Shown: positions 10,371 through 20,377 of the stretch, in pieces
How positions within the stretch are numbered: the stretch's first letter is position 1
Layout of the letters: every line of letters starts with the position of its first letter
Origin: Candidatus Multivorans sp.
Lineage (GTDB): Bacteria; Acidobacteriota; Thermoanaerobaculia; Multivoradales; Multivoraceae
Length of the DNA: 64,000 nucleotides
Direction of reading: 5' to 3'
Assembly: GCA_965224025.1 (NCBI GenBank)
Contig: OZ245033.1
Span: 2,144,001-2,208,000, forward strand
The notes under the pieces: model-generated
The model's input: the letters and a program-made list of their open reading frames with translations, nothing else
Told to the model about the DNA's origin: nothing
Databases searched by the model: none
Program-made: the position numbers and the translations under genes

Positions 10371-10404
10371 CGGCTTCCCTCCACGTCACGGCCGAGGACA
10401 GGAT

Positions 10405-11268
10405 ATGGCAGCAGAAGAGGTTCGCTACGAACGGCGCGGCCCGGTGGCGGTGTTGACCCTGAACCGGGCGCGCTACCACAACGCCCAGAGCTGGAAGCTG
10501 CTCGACGATCTGGACCGGCAGCTCGACCGGGCGATGGCCGACGACGACGTTCGGGTCGTGGTGCTGAAGGGCGCCGGCAAGCACTTCTCGTCCGGCCACG
10601 ACCTCGGCACGCCGGAGCAGCAGGCGGACATCGAACGCCGGGGACTCACCCAGTGGGTCGGCATGGAGTGGTACGAGGCGTTCCGCTGGTACAACCTGGA
10701 CAACACGGTCAAGTGGCGCAACCTGCCCAAGCCGACCATCGCCATGGTCCGCGGCTACTGCATCTTCGGCGGCTGGATGATCGCGGCGTCGATGGACCTG
10801 ATCTTCGCCGCGCCGAGCGCCCGCTTCCTCGCCAGCCTGTTCGAAACCTTCACCGTGCCCTGGGACATCCACCCCCGCAAGGCGAAGGAACTCCTGTTCG
10901 AGAGCCGCTTCATCGACGCCGAGGAGGCCCACGAACTGGGTCTGGTCAACCGCGTCTACGCGGAGGACGAACTCGAGCGGGAAACCCTGGCTTACGCGGA
11001 ACGAATCGCCGAGAACGACCCGGCCGTGCTGCGGCTGGGCAAGCTGGCGGTGAACAAGGCTCAGGACGCGATGGGCTACAGCGCCAACGTCGAAGCCGCC
11101 TTTGCCGACTATCTGGTGGTGCGGGAGATCCGGGGCAGTTCCAGCAGAGTGGAGGGCAATCGGCGGCTCGTAGGCGTCGACCTGGCGCTGCGGGGACAGC
11201 GTGGCGGCCGGGCCGGGCAGACGCCGGTGGGCGGAACGGATGCTTCGGAAGCAGGCGAGGACGCATGA
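10405..11268 (+). CDS. Enoyl-CoA hydratase/isomerase family protein
   Basis: VAVLTLNR, FSSGHDL, PKPTIAMVRGYCIFGG, AEEAHELGLVNRV. Confidence 0.92.
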   Translation: MAAEEVRYERRGPVAVLTLNRARYHNAQSWKLLDDLDRQLDRAMADDDVRVVVLKGAGKHFSSGHDLGTPEQQADIERRGLTQWVGMEWYEAFRWYNLDNTVKWRNLPKPTIAMVRGYCIFGGWMIAASMDLIFAAPSARFLASLFETFTVPWDIHPRKAKELLFESRFIDAEEAHELGLVNRVYAEDELERETLAYAERIAENDPAVLRLGKLAVNKAQDAMGYSANVEAAFADYLVVREIRGSSSRVEGNRRLVGVDLALRGQRGGRAGQTPVGGTDASEAGEDA

Positions 11269-12107
11269 GAACGGTTCGACTTGCCGTTGCGATCGCCGTC
11301 GGCCTGAACCTCGCGGCCGTTGCCGCGGCGCAGGAAGACGGCGCGCGGATGTACAACACCGCCAAGCAGAAGCTGATGAGCGGCGAGGGCATCGTGAGCG
11401 TCTCGGTCTCCTCGCCCGACCCGGACAGCTACTGCGCCGCCGCGAATGCCGGCTTCGACTTCACCTGGATCGAGATGCAGCACAGCCCGCTCTCGTACCA
11501 GGACGTGGCGCGGATGATCTGGGCCTGCCGGGGCGCGTCGGCCGTCCCCTTCATCCGCGTGCCCGACGCAACGGAGGGCGCCATCCAGAAGGCGGTCGAC
11601 CTCGGCGCGCTCGGCATCGTCGTGCCCATGGTGCGTACGGCCGAGAAGATGGAGGCCGCGGTCCGCTTCGCCAAGTTCCCGCCCGAGGGTCGGCGCAGCC
11701 TGGGCGACGGCCAGTACCGCGCCTTGTGGGGCCGCGACTACCGCGCGACGGCGAACGAGAACATCCTCGTCGTGGCGATGATCGAGTCGCCGGCCGGCGT
11801 CGACGCGGTGGAGGAGATCGCCGCCGTCCCGGGCGTCGACGTCGTGTTTGCCGCCTCCACCGACCTCTACAGTTTCTCGGGCAAGCGTCAGGGCGAGCCG
11901 GAGTACGAGGCAATGGTGGACCGCATCCGCGACGCCGTGCTTGGCGCGGGCCTCAAGCTGGGAGGTCCGCTGGCGTGGCGCGACCGCGAGGGCTTCAGCT
12001 TCTTCCAGGCGCCCGGCGTCGGCAGCCTGATCCGGCGCGGCGCCAAGGCGCTGCTCGAGGAGACCGCGTCCGGCGTCGCCGAGATCGAGGGCTCGGAGAA
12101 CCAGTAG
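11265..12107 (+). CDS. HpcH/HpaI class II aldolase family protein with a predicted signal peptide
   Basis: GFDFTWIEMQH, DLGALGIVVPMV, KFPPEGRRS, AMIESPAGV; ATGA overlap with the upstream gene. Confidence 0.88.
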   Translation: MRTVRLAVAIAVGLNLAAVAAAQEDGARMYNTAKQKLMSGEGIVSVSVSSPDPDSYCAAANAGFDFTWIEMQHSPLSYQDVARMIWACRGASAVPFIRVPDATEGAIQKAVDLGALGIVVPMVRTAEKMEAAVRFAKFPPEGRRSLGDGQYRALWGRDYRATANENILVVAMIESPAGVDAVEEIAAVPGVDVVFAASTDLYSFSGKRQGEPEYEAMVDRIRDAVLGAGLKLGGPLAWRDREGFSFFQAPGVGSLIRRGAKALLEETASGVAEIEGSENQ

Positions 12108-12140
12108 GGTTCAAGCAACCGTTCGGCGAGTGACAAACAC

Positions 12141-12169
12141 GAACTTTGGACGCGCGCCGTCCAAAGTTC
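12141..12169. terminator. Perfect 12-bp inverted repeat (terminator or operator) between convergent genes
   Basis: gaactttggacg-cgcgc-cgtccaaagttc. Confidence 0.5.
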
Positions 12170-12300
12170 CTGTTACTATTCTGAGCCGTGATCGAACGAG
12201 CGTTTCATATCGGGGATGTCGTTTCACCCGCTACGAGCGAAGACGATTAGGAGGTTCTCCGTTCCTGAGGAGGTCTGGCGCGCCTTGGAACCCCATTGCT

Positions 12301-12600
12301 TCAGATGTGCCGGCCCTGGCCGCCATCGATGTCGGTCACCGCGCCGTTGACGTAGGACGCGGCTTCCGAGCACGGGAAGACGATCATGTTCGCGACCTCC
12401 TCGGAGGTGCCGTAACGGCCGACGGGAACGCTCTTGCCGTTGTTCTTGATGATGTCCTCCCAGTCACCGCCGCGGGCGTTGGCGATCTCCTTCGCCGCGC
12501 GCTCCCACATCGCGGTGTGGATCAGGCCCGGCAGGACCGAGTTGAACAGCTTGCCGGACAGCGCCTTGCCGGTGGCGACCATCGCGGCCTTGGGTAGTGC
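12301..12600 (-). pseudogene. C-terminal remnant of an SDR oxidoreductase
   Basis: NSVLPGLIHT...PVGRYGTSEEVANMIVF..SEAASYVNG...IDGG; the Rossmann fold and YxxxK are absent. Confidence 0.8.
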
Positions 12601-12629
12601 GTCAGTTTGGGCGAAGGCGGCCGGCTAAC

Positions 12630-12911
12630 TCACTTCTTCGTCTTGGCGCCACCGTGGCGTTGACCGTCCGGCGTGTTCAACTGGTCCAGAACTCGCGGAT
12701 CGCCTTGGGCGAAGAACTCCAGTACTCCAGCGACACGACTCACCCGATCCTCCACCGTGGGGAAACGCTCCGACACAGCGTCCAACCGCGACAGCCGCTG
12801 CTCGAGCGACCAGATCCGAGACCGGTCGCGCCACAACACATACAGAATCGGAGCGGCGCAGACCACTATCACGGCCGCCGCGGCGATCAACAGAACACCC
12901 GGTTCCGTCAT
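12630..12911 (-). CDS. Small single-TM membrane protein with a coiled-coil-like tail
   Basis: N-terminal hydrophobic helix; aggag RBS; ATGA overlap with the upstream ORF. Confidence 0.55.
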   Translation of the reverse strand: MTEPGVLLIAAAAVIVVCAAPILYVLWRDRSRIWSLEQRLSRLDAVSERFPTVEDRVSRVAGVLEFFAQGDPRVLDQLNTPDGQRHGGAKTKK

Positions 12912-13144
12912 CTCGCCTTCTCCTGGCTCTCACCGCTTTCGCAGTTCCTCGGGATCTCGACGAGGGCGGAGGTGTACTGAGCCACCTTGGGGGCGGCCTG
13001 GACGGCAATCTCGGTCGCCGCGGTTTGCGCGCCAAACGCCACGCGGAGCGGCAGCATGGTCGCGGACGACAAGATCTTGTTTGCCCGGCTGTCCGGGCAC
13101 AGGTTCGGGGGGTTGCCCAAGAGGGCAGCGCGAGACTGGGGCAT
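12908..13144 (-). CDS. Small hypothetical protein (78 aa)
   Basis: Strong SD ggaggtga before the ATG; translational coupling to the next ORF. Confidence 0.5.
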   Translation of the reverse strand: MPQSRAALLGNPPNLCPDSRANKILSSATMLPLRVAFGAQTAATEIAVQAAPKVAQYTSALVEIPRNCESGESQEKAR

Positions 13145-13460
13145 GTCGATTCACCTCCGTGAGTTTTCCGCCTCCGAGAATGGAGCCGGGCCATGTGAAT
13201 CGCCATGCCGCGTAGCAAGCTACGGCATGGTTTCGCCTGTTCGCCGAGGGTTGTCTAGCTAGCTAGATACACCATCCCGGACAGAGCGGCTGTTGTATTC
13301 AGCGGGTAACCCGGCTTGGGAGCCCGGCTACGCGGAGCGGAAGGCGATTCACGCCGCGAACATACCAGAATCGTCTATGAGTCCAGAGCCGGTAAGGCGA
13401 ACGGACGCCGTCCGGAAAGCCGGACTGGTGAATCGCCATGCGCGTGACTCACGGCATCAG
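13140..13460. promoter_or_regulatory. Structured leader or candidate ncRNA with four alternating copies of GTGAATCG(C/A)C
   Basis: Copies at 13145-13154 (-), 13195-13204 (+), 13343-13352 (-) and 13428-13437 (+); hairpins at 13203-13230 and 13410-13425. Confidence 0.45.
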
Positions 13461-13819
13461 GGTAGCACGGGGAACGAAGGCCCGCGCCCCCAACTTGGTG
13501 GGTGGAACCACCGCCGAAGCCCGTCCGGCAGGCGGTGCGTCACTCTCGCCGCGGAAGCGAACCGTCGCCGCTGTACGCCCGGTAGCTGACGCTGTTGCCG
13601 GGTCTTCTGCTCCAGGTCGAGCGCCCTGCAGCATGGAAGAGCTAGGGTCTACCGTCGGGCACCCTCCGACATCTCTGAGGGCATTCCACTTCAGGTCCCA
13701 GTCCGTAGTAGCGCCGACCGGCATTCGGGAGGCTTGGCTAGTCAGCGGTACAACCCCCCGCCCTCGGCCGGTCGGCTATGCTGTCGCCTTCACTCGAAAC
13801 GACGGGAGCGGATTCTTGG

Positions 13820-14683
13820 ATGGGCTTTGAAGGTAGTAGGGACCGGCGGCGACATCGCCGTCAGCGACGGCTGGTTTGCCTGGTGGCATTCGTCCTGGCT
13901 TCGGCGTTTGCCATGCCGGCTTTCGCGCGGGACGGCGGTTACCAGGCGCCTCGCCACTACGACGGCAACCCGGATATCAACGGCGTCTGGCAGGCGATCA
14001 ACACCGCGCACTGGAACCTCGAGGACCACTCGGCGGCCGCCGGACCGGCCGAACTCGGCGCTCTGGCCGCCATGCCGCCCGGTGTGGGCGTCGTCGTCGA
14101 GGGCGAGATCCCCTACCAGGACTGGGCGCGCGAGCAGCGGCGGAAGAACTTCGAGAACCGCTGGCGCGAGGATCCCGAGGCCAAGTGCTACCTGCCTGGC
14201 GTGCCGCGCGCGACCTACATGCCGTTCCCGTTCCAGATCCTCCAGGGCACCGGCCAGATCATGATCGTCTACGGCTTTGCCGAAGCGAACCGGACGATTC
14301 ACATGGACAAGGAGAATCCGGCGCCGGCGCCGATCGACAGTTGGATGGGCCGCTCGCACGGCCGCTGGGAGGGTGACACGCTGGTGGTCGAGGCCGCCGG
14401 GTTCACCGGCCAGGCGTGGTTCGACCGCGCCGGCAACTTTGCCAGCGATACGTTGCGGGTGACCGAGCGCTACACGCCGACCGGTCCCAACTCCATGATG
14501 TACGAGGCGACCCTCGAAGACGAGAACGTCTTCACCCGACCCTGGAAGATCCGCATGCCGCTCTACCGGCGCCTGGAGGAGCACGTCCGGGTGCTGGAGT
14601 TCAAGTGTGTCGAGTTTTCCGAGGAGCTTCTCTATGGCCACCTACGCCGACGCGAAGAGACCCCGACTGGCAACGACCCTTAG
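13820..14683 (+). CDS. Secreted conserved hypothetical protein (DUF6152-associated GRWEGDTLVV family)
   Basis: Signal peptide; DPEAKCYLPGVPR, GRSHGRWEGDTLVV, EFKCVE; paralogous to 14634 and 23741. Start uncertain. Confidence 0.8.
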   Translation: MGFEGSRDRRRHRRQRRLVCLVAFVLASAFAMPAFARDGGYQAPRHYDGNPDINGVWQAINTAHWNLEDHSAAAGPAELGALAAMPPGVGVVVEGEIPYQDWAREQRRKNFENRWREDPEAKCYLPGVPRATYMPFPFQILQGTGQIMIVYGFAEANRTIHMDKENPAPAPIDSWMGRSHGRWEGDTLVVEAAGFTGQAWFDRAGNFASDTLRVTERYTPTGPNSMMYEATLEDENVFTRPWKIRMPLYRRLEEHVRVLEFKCVEFSEELLYGHLRRREETPTGNDP

Positions 14684-16430
14684 CGGCGCTGCCGCCGTTG
14701 CGGCTCTGCCCGCGTTGACCGCCGTTCCGGCGGCGGCGGGCGAGGTTTCCGTGCAACTGACGACTTCGGCCGCCAGCGAGGCGGTCAAGTGGTACCAGCG
14801 GCACATGGACTGCGAGCCGATCGAGGGCCGCGGCGAAGCGATCGACTGCGGCAACGCGACGATCGAGTTCACCCAGGGGCCGATCATGGGCGCCAGCCAG
14901 GGTACGGGCATCGACCACGTCTCCTTCTCCTTCCCCGACTTGACCGAAAAGATGGCCGCGCTCGAGAAGGTCGGCGTGCGCGGTTCGGGCGTTCGCCTGC
15001 AGCGCTTCAAGGACGGCTCGACCCTGCGGGAACTCCCGGGGCTGTTCAAGATCGGCTTCATCTTCGACCCCTGGGGGACGCGGATCGAGGTCGTTGAGGA
15101 CCCGGACACCCTGGGTTTCCACCACATCCATCTGAGCGCGGTCGATCCGGCCTCGACACTTGGTTGGTACCGCGAAACGTTCGGCGGCGTGCCGGCAAGC
15201 CTCCGCGGCATGCTCGACGGCCTTCGTTTCGGCGAGGTCTGGCTGCTCGCTTCGCAGCATGCCGAGGGTCAACCGGCGCCGAGCGCGGGACGGGCGATCG
15301 ACCATCTCGCCTTCGAGATCGCCGATCTCGACACGGCAGCCGCCGGTCTGCGCGACCGCGGCGTTCGCTTCACCCGCGACCCCGAGCGGCCGGCGGGTGG
15401 CCGTTCGGAAGCGAAGCGCGGCTTCGTCTCAGCCCCCGACAACGTGGGGGTGGCGGTCCTGGAACCGGACTGGCGGGGTATCGACGCGACGATCGACTTC
15501 GAGGACGAGGCGGTCGCCTCGGCCGAGCCCTACGTGGTCCCGCGGACGCCCTGGGGCACGCCCGACCTGCAGGGGATGTGGAGCGGCAACAAGGCCCACG
15601 GCATTCCCCTGGAACGTCCCGAGGACCTCGCCGACCGCGCGCAACTGACTCCCGACGAAGCGGCGGCCCGCCGCGAGCGGGGCACCCTGGGCAGCATCTG
15701 GGGCTACGAGCGCGAGTGGCGGGACACGACGCTCGGCTACGTCAAGTCGGCGCCGTCGCGGCAGGTCGCGATGGTCATCGACCCGCCGGACGGCCGTCTG
15801 CCGCCCCTGACCGAGGAGGCACGGGAGCGGCGACGCAACGCGGCCCGGTCGTTCGGCGACTACGTACGCAGACGGCCCGCGGGACCCGAGGACCTGAGCG
15901 TGTACGTGCGCTGCATCACCCGCGGCCTGCCCGGCATGATGATGCCTTCGATCTACAACAACGGCCTGCAGATCAGCCAGAGTCCGGGCTTCGTGGCGAT
16001 CCAGAAGGAGATGATCCACGAAACCCGGGTCGTCCCCACCGAGGAACGGCCGTCGCTGGGCGCCGGTGTGAAGCAGTGGCTCGGCGAATCCCAGGGCCGC
16101 TGGGAGGGCGACACCCTGGTCGTCGAGGTGACGAACTTCAACGGCCGCACGAGCTACCGCGGCTCGAGCGAGAACATGAAGCTCACCGAGCGCTTTACCC
16201 GCCTGGGACCGAACCGGCTCGAGTACCAGTTCACCGTCGAGGATCCGAGCGTCTGGAGCCGCCCGTGGACCGGCCGTTTCGAGTTCGAACTCGACAACGA
16301 GCAGTACGAACTCGTCGAGTACGCCTGCCACGAAGGCAACTACGGCATGACGAACATCCTCTCCGGCGCTCGCGCGCGTGACCGCGAGGAAGCCGCCGCG
16401 GCCGCTGAGACGGGCTCGGGAGCGCAGTAG
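14634..16430 (+). CDS. Tandem VOC/glyoxalase domains fused to a GRWEGDTLVV-family domain
   Basis: IDHVSFS, DPWGTRIEV, GFHHIHL, IDHLAF, then PRTPWGTPDLQGMW...GRWEGDTLVV...EYACHEGN. Start uncertain. Confidence 0.8.
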   Translation: MATYADAKRPRLATTLSGAAAVAALPALTAVPAAAGEVSVQLTTSAASEAVKWYQRHMDCEPIEGRGEAIDCGNATIEFTQGPIMGASQGTGIDHVSFSFPDLTEKMAALEKVGVRGSGVRLQRFKDGSTLRELPGLFKIGFIFDPWGTRIEVVEDPDTLGFHHIHLSAVDPASTLGWYRETFGGVPASLRGMLDGLRFGEVWLLASQHAEGQPAPSAGRAIDHLAFEIADLDTAAAGLRDRGVRFTRDPERPAGGRSEAKRGFVSAPDNVGVAVLEPDWRGIDATIDFEDEAVASAEPYVVPRTPWGTPDLQGMWSGNKAHGIPLERPEDLADRAQLTPDEAAARRERGTLGSIWGYEREWRDTTLGYVKSAPSRQVAMVIDPPDGRLPPLTEEARERRRNAARSFGDYVRRRPAGPEDLSVYVRCITRGLPGMMMPSIYNNGLQISQSPGFVAIQKEMIHETRVVPTEERPSLGAGVKQWLGESQGRWEGDTLVVEVTNFNGRTSYRGSSENMKLTERFTRLGPNRLEYQFTVEDPSVWSRPWTGRFEFELDNEQYELVEYACHEGNYGMTNILSGARARDREEAAAAAETGSGAQ

Positions 16431-16431
16431 C

Positions 16432-16530
16432 CCCTGGGAACCCGTGTGGCGCGATCCGCGCCACACGCGAACCACTCCGTGCGCCCGTCATCGTGCGCAC
16501 GGATGGCACGCGGGCATCCTGCCCGCATCC
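16432..16530 (+). repeat. REP-like palindrome interrupted by a roughly 70-nt double-hairpin element
   Basis: ccctgggaac [ccgtgtggcgc...ggatggcac] gcgggcatcctgcccgcatcc; the element recurs at 31565 and the uninterrupted REP at 29536. Confidence 0.7.
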
Positions 16531-16659
16531 GGGGCGAAGCGCCGGCCTCCGGTCGTTCTGCCGCGCTAGCTCTCTGCTCTCTCGCTGGGTGCGCCGGCCT
16601 CTGGCCGGCATCCGCCGTCAGGCGGAATCCGGTTGCTGCGAGTACAGCGAGTGCAGTGT

Positions 16660-18240
16660 TCAGTCTGTAGCTGCCGCGTCCAATGGTCGATTCGGCCCGC
16701 CGGTCAACGGTGGGCGAGCTTCCCAGCCGTTCGCCGGCCGCTCGGGGCAGTGCATCGCGCCAATGCACCTGTGGACGCTGACCTCGGGCTGCGAGACGTC
16801 GAACGGAAGGCAGATCAGCGTCAGGCCGTCGTGGAAGACGAACCGCAGAGGCCCCTCGAAGTCGTCGGTGCGCGGGTAGACCAGGGCCACAGTCCTGCAC
16901 TCGTAGCGTTTGCCGTAGGCATAGAGCTGGTACATGTCGGCCTGGCTGATGCCGCGCTTCTTCGGCTCGTCCGACGCTGACTTGAGCCGCTTCCACTTCG
17001 CGTCGAGGACGAAGCGATTGGCGCCGCCCTTCTGGAGGGTGATGTCCGGCTTCATCGTGAACGCTTCGGGCTGGCAGGTCAGGCATTCCTGCGGCCCCTG
17101 CGCCCGTACTCGGTACTCGCTCTGGCAGCGGCGAAAGCTCCGCGTGACGAAGTCTTCGAAGATCTCCCCCATCGGAAACAGCAGCGACTGGTTCGCATAC
17201 TCACCGTGGTAGGTCGTTAGGCCTTCACCGAACAGGAACAGCCGCACCCAGGCCATGACCGGGCGGTAGTGCTGCATGGTCCGGTCGACGGAGTGGCGGC
17301 GCCAGTCGCTCGTCGGATCGGGAGTTGGCGGCACGCTGGCGAAGACGTCGGTCAGTTCGCGCAGCAGCCTGCGGTTCTCCTCGCCGCGGACGATAGGCCG
17401 AAGCCGCTCCAAAGCCGTGCGGATCAGCCGATTCGCCGGCCGGTTCGGATTGAACTCGTCGTGGGCGACATAGAAGCGCGCCTTGTTGGCCAGGTTCTCC
17501 CGGATCTGCTGCCGGAACAGGAGGCGTCCTCGAAGGTAGGGCAGGTTCTCTTCGACCGGCACGTAGCGTCGCGCGAGGCCGTGGCGCGTCAGGTAGCCCA
17601 GGTTCTGAAGGAACAGGTGGGTAAAGGCCTCGAGCATCGGGAAACGCCTGAGCGACCGGATCGCGCTGGGCGGCAACTCGGCGTAGCGGAGCCCGCGCCA
17701 GGTGCGGAGCATCTGGAGGAAGACCTCGCGCGTCCCTTCGTGTCCGTCCTGTTGCTGGCGGGACGTGCCGTGGGCGCCGGGCGCTCTGCCGGCGTCGGGT
17801 CCTTTCGGGCCGGGAGCGAGGTCGATCTTCGGCAGGATCTCGATTGGGCTGCCGCGTCGGGTCGAGAGGACGCCGACGTAGTGGGTTGCCTTGAGTTCGC
17901 GGGCGCCGGTTCCGAAGGCGAGGACCGGGCGGTAGGCGCCGTGCTTGTCCCGCTGATTCTTCCGCGCGAAGGCCTCGAGACTCCGCCAGTCGTTCTCGTC
18001 GAGATCGAACTCTTCGCGAGTGAAGGGCTCGTACTCGCGGACCGTGATGACTCGGGTCTTCCCGTGGCTTGTCTGGTCGCCTCTTGCCGGCAGGCGTGAG
18101 ACCGAGCACCGACGGAGACCGTCGTGTGAGCGCGCTCGGCGGTGTCGAAGAGCGGCATCGTCAGCCGCTCCTCGGTTCGTAGATCCTCTGGTACTCCTCG
18201 GCTGTGTTCCATGCCGGATCGTCGCCCGGAAGGCGCTCAT
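16660..18240 (-). CDS. mcrC: McrC-family restriction nuclease subunit
   Basis: ITVREYE, YVGV...IEILPKI, EENL..LRGRL, NRPANRLI, LFPM..IFEDFV, KPDI...VLDAKWK, ISQADMYQLYAYG. The true start is probably near 18050-18100. Confidence 0.9.
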   Translation of the reverse strand: MSAFRATIRHGTQPRSTRGSTNRGAADDAALRHRRARSHDGLRRCSVSRLPARGDQTSHGKTRVITVREYEPFTREEFDLDENDWRSLEAFARKNQRDKHGAYRPVLAFGTGARELKATHYVGVLSTRRGSPIEILPKIDLAPGPKGPDAGRAPGAHGTSRQQQDGHEGTREVFLQMLRTWRGLRYAELPPSAIRSLRRFPMLEAFTHLFLQNLGYLTRHGLARRYVPVEENLPYLRGRLLFRQQIRENLANKARFYVAHDEFNPNRPANRLIRTALERLRPIVRGEENRRLLRELTDVFASVPPTPDPTSDWRRHSVDRTMQHYRPVMAWVRLFLFGEGLTTYHGEYANQSLLFPMGEIFEDFVTRSFRRCQSEYRVRAQGPQECLTCQPEAFTMKPDITLQKGGANRFVLDAKWKRLKSASDEPKKRGISQADMYQLYAYGKRYECRTVALVYPRTDDFEGPLRFVFHDGLTLICLPFDVSQPEVSVHRCIGAMHCPERPANGWEARPPLTGGPNRPLDAAATD

Positions 18241-20240
18241 GGATCACTCGGTCTTCGTCGAGGAGGTCGAACTTCTCGATCAACTGCTTGGAGTGGCCGT
18301 CGCGTGCCTTGTCTTTCTGGACGAAGGCGTTGCCGCCAAGTACGGCGTCGATCCTCCTCCAGTCGTCGTAGAAGTACTCCTGCAGGAGCGGGAAGATCCG
18401 GTTCCGGAACCGGCCGGCGAGATCGTCGATCGACTCCACTCGAGCAGGTACGTGTGTCCGACCTGGTGCTCCCGGTCCATGAGCAGCGCGATGCGCTCGT
18501 TCATTGCGCGCAGCATCTTCCGGCAGTTCACTCCATCCACGGCGTCGGGAATGAGATGGTGATCCGGATCGGGCATCATCTCGACGAACGTGAACCTCCG
18601 TCTCAGCGCCGTGTCGAGCTGCTGGATCGAACGGTCGGCGGTGTTCATCGTGCCGACGACGTAGAGGTTGTTCGGAACGCCGAAGCCGTCACCCGAGTAG
18701 GGAAGCGTGACCGTGGTCGCGTCGTCCTCTCCGAGCCGCCGGCTATCCTCGATCAGCGTGATCAGTTCGCCAAAGATCTTCGGGATGTTGCCGCGGTTGA
18801 TCTCGTCGATGATGAGCACGACGTTGCGCCTTGGTCCCCGCCGCTTGTCGTTAGTGCGGGGCGAATACCCTCGACGAAGTCCTCGTAGGCGTAGTTCTGG
18901 TGAAAGGTGACCATGGCGATCCGGCCTTCGGCGGGCGCCGAATCGGCGGCACGTTTGAAACGGAGGCGGCGAAAGCGCTGCCGGTCTGGCTCAGTGATCT
19001 CGGCATTGGGCTTTACGGCGTCAACGATCGCCAGCGCATGGCCGACTGTGCCGTACGTCTTGCCGGTTCCCGGTGGCCCGTAGAGGATCTGGTTGAGCGG
19101 ATGTTCCTCGTCGATCGGGACGGCAGCGCTGTCGACGACCTCGACAGCAGCCTTCAGCGCCGTGACCAAATTCGGGTAGGGAGTGACATCGGTGAGAGTC
19201 TTGTTGACTAGTAGCTGTCCGGCTTCCACCAGTCGGCCCTTCGGGTAGTTCGACTTCCAGTCGACGTCCCGAACGTGCTTGTGGCGCTCCCTGGTAGGGA
19301 CATGGCGGTACTGGGATTTCACAGTGCCATGACCTACTACGTCGTGCTGGCCGCGCTTTACGAAGATGACGTCGCCCGGTTTCATCTCGTTGGAGAACTG
19401 CCAAAGGGCCAGACGAGTGTTGTAGGGATCTACGCCGGGCACGTCCTTCATCGCTTGACCGACCTCTTCCAGAGAGGCGTACTTGTGAAGGTCTCCAACC
19501 GGGTGCTCGTCGAAGTCGATTGAAGCCAGGCCGCTTTCGTAGCACGCACTCCAGCGCGAGGAACGGCGCCCGAGTGACATGAGCCAGTACCTCCGGTCGG
19601 CGGGTGGGGCCGGCGGAGGGTTGGCTGGTGGCGGGGGAGGCGGTTGCTCCTTCGGATCGAGCCAGATCTCGGGGCTAATGTCGAGTGCGTCGCCAAGCCA
19701 TGAGTAGTGCTCGATCAGAGCCGCGTGCTGTTGGCTCGGGGGCCTGTCCTTCGCATCCGGGAAGACCTCGTCGTGGCGAGCCCTCAGCCGATTCTCATTG
19801 TAGATCGCCAGGAGTTTGGGGTCTTTCCGGTCCTGATAGAGGAACGCGACCTTCCACTTGACGGCGGGAGAGAAGTCGACCAGGTCAACAGCTTCGAGAT
19901 TCCCCGCCCTGACCCCGTCGATCACGTCGGTCAGTCGAGACCTCACGGTGGCGAAAGCCCCTTCCGCCGTCTCGCCGTACTTGCGCATCCAGGCGTACTC
20001 ATCACCCCAGATCCGCCCCCCTTTGGGTTGCTTTGGGTCCTTGTTGTCTCGGCGGAAAATGCCGAACTTGAAGGCCGAGCCACCCCATATGCTCCCGAGA
20101 TCATAGGTTCTTGCCTCAAGCCAGTAGATGAAGGCGTCATCCCGATTGGGATTCGTGTACTCCTCCAGAGACATGCTGCGGACCTTGCTCGGTGGCCAGA
20201 CATCAAGGAACTCGGACCAGAGCTGCATCTCTTTGCGCAT
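18161..20240 (-). pseudogene. mcrB: McrB-family AAA+ GTPase split over three frames
   Basis: NQILYGPPGTGKTY and [15 protein letters not shown] (18762..20240); [10 protein letters not shown] and GTMNTADRS (18280..18819); [13 protein letters not shown] (18161..18439). Confidence 0.88.
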
Positions 20241-20377
20241 CCTCTAACGGCTCCTTGGTAGAGGGGAGGTGGACGGCCGGGAGCGGTCAGGCAGCTCGCT
20301 CGGCAGGGCGTGACGTGGCAGTGTAACGGGCCATGGGCGCGGCAGCCGTCGGCCGGTGCTCGCTTCGCGGACGGTCT

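Noticed and set aside
10191-11264. Long N-terminal extension of the 638-aa ORF
   Set aside because: Overlaps the enoyl-CoA hydratase in another frame; the real gene starts at 11265. The same applies to the extensions at 28997, 31855, 48532 and 60029.
13140-13819. Retron msr-msd, tRNA or a known riboswitch
   Set aside because: No reverse transcriptase nearby and no cloverleaf or riboswitch consensus that I can recognise; kept only as an unclassified structured region.
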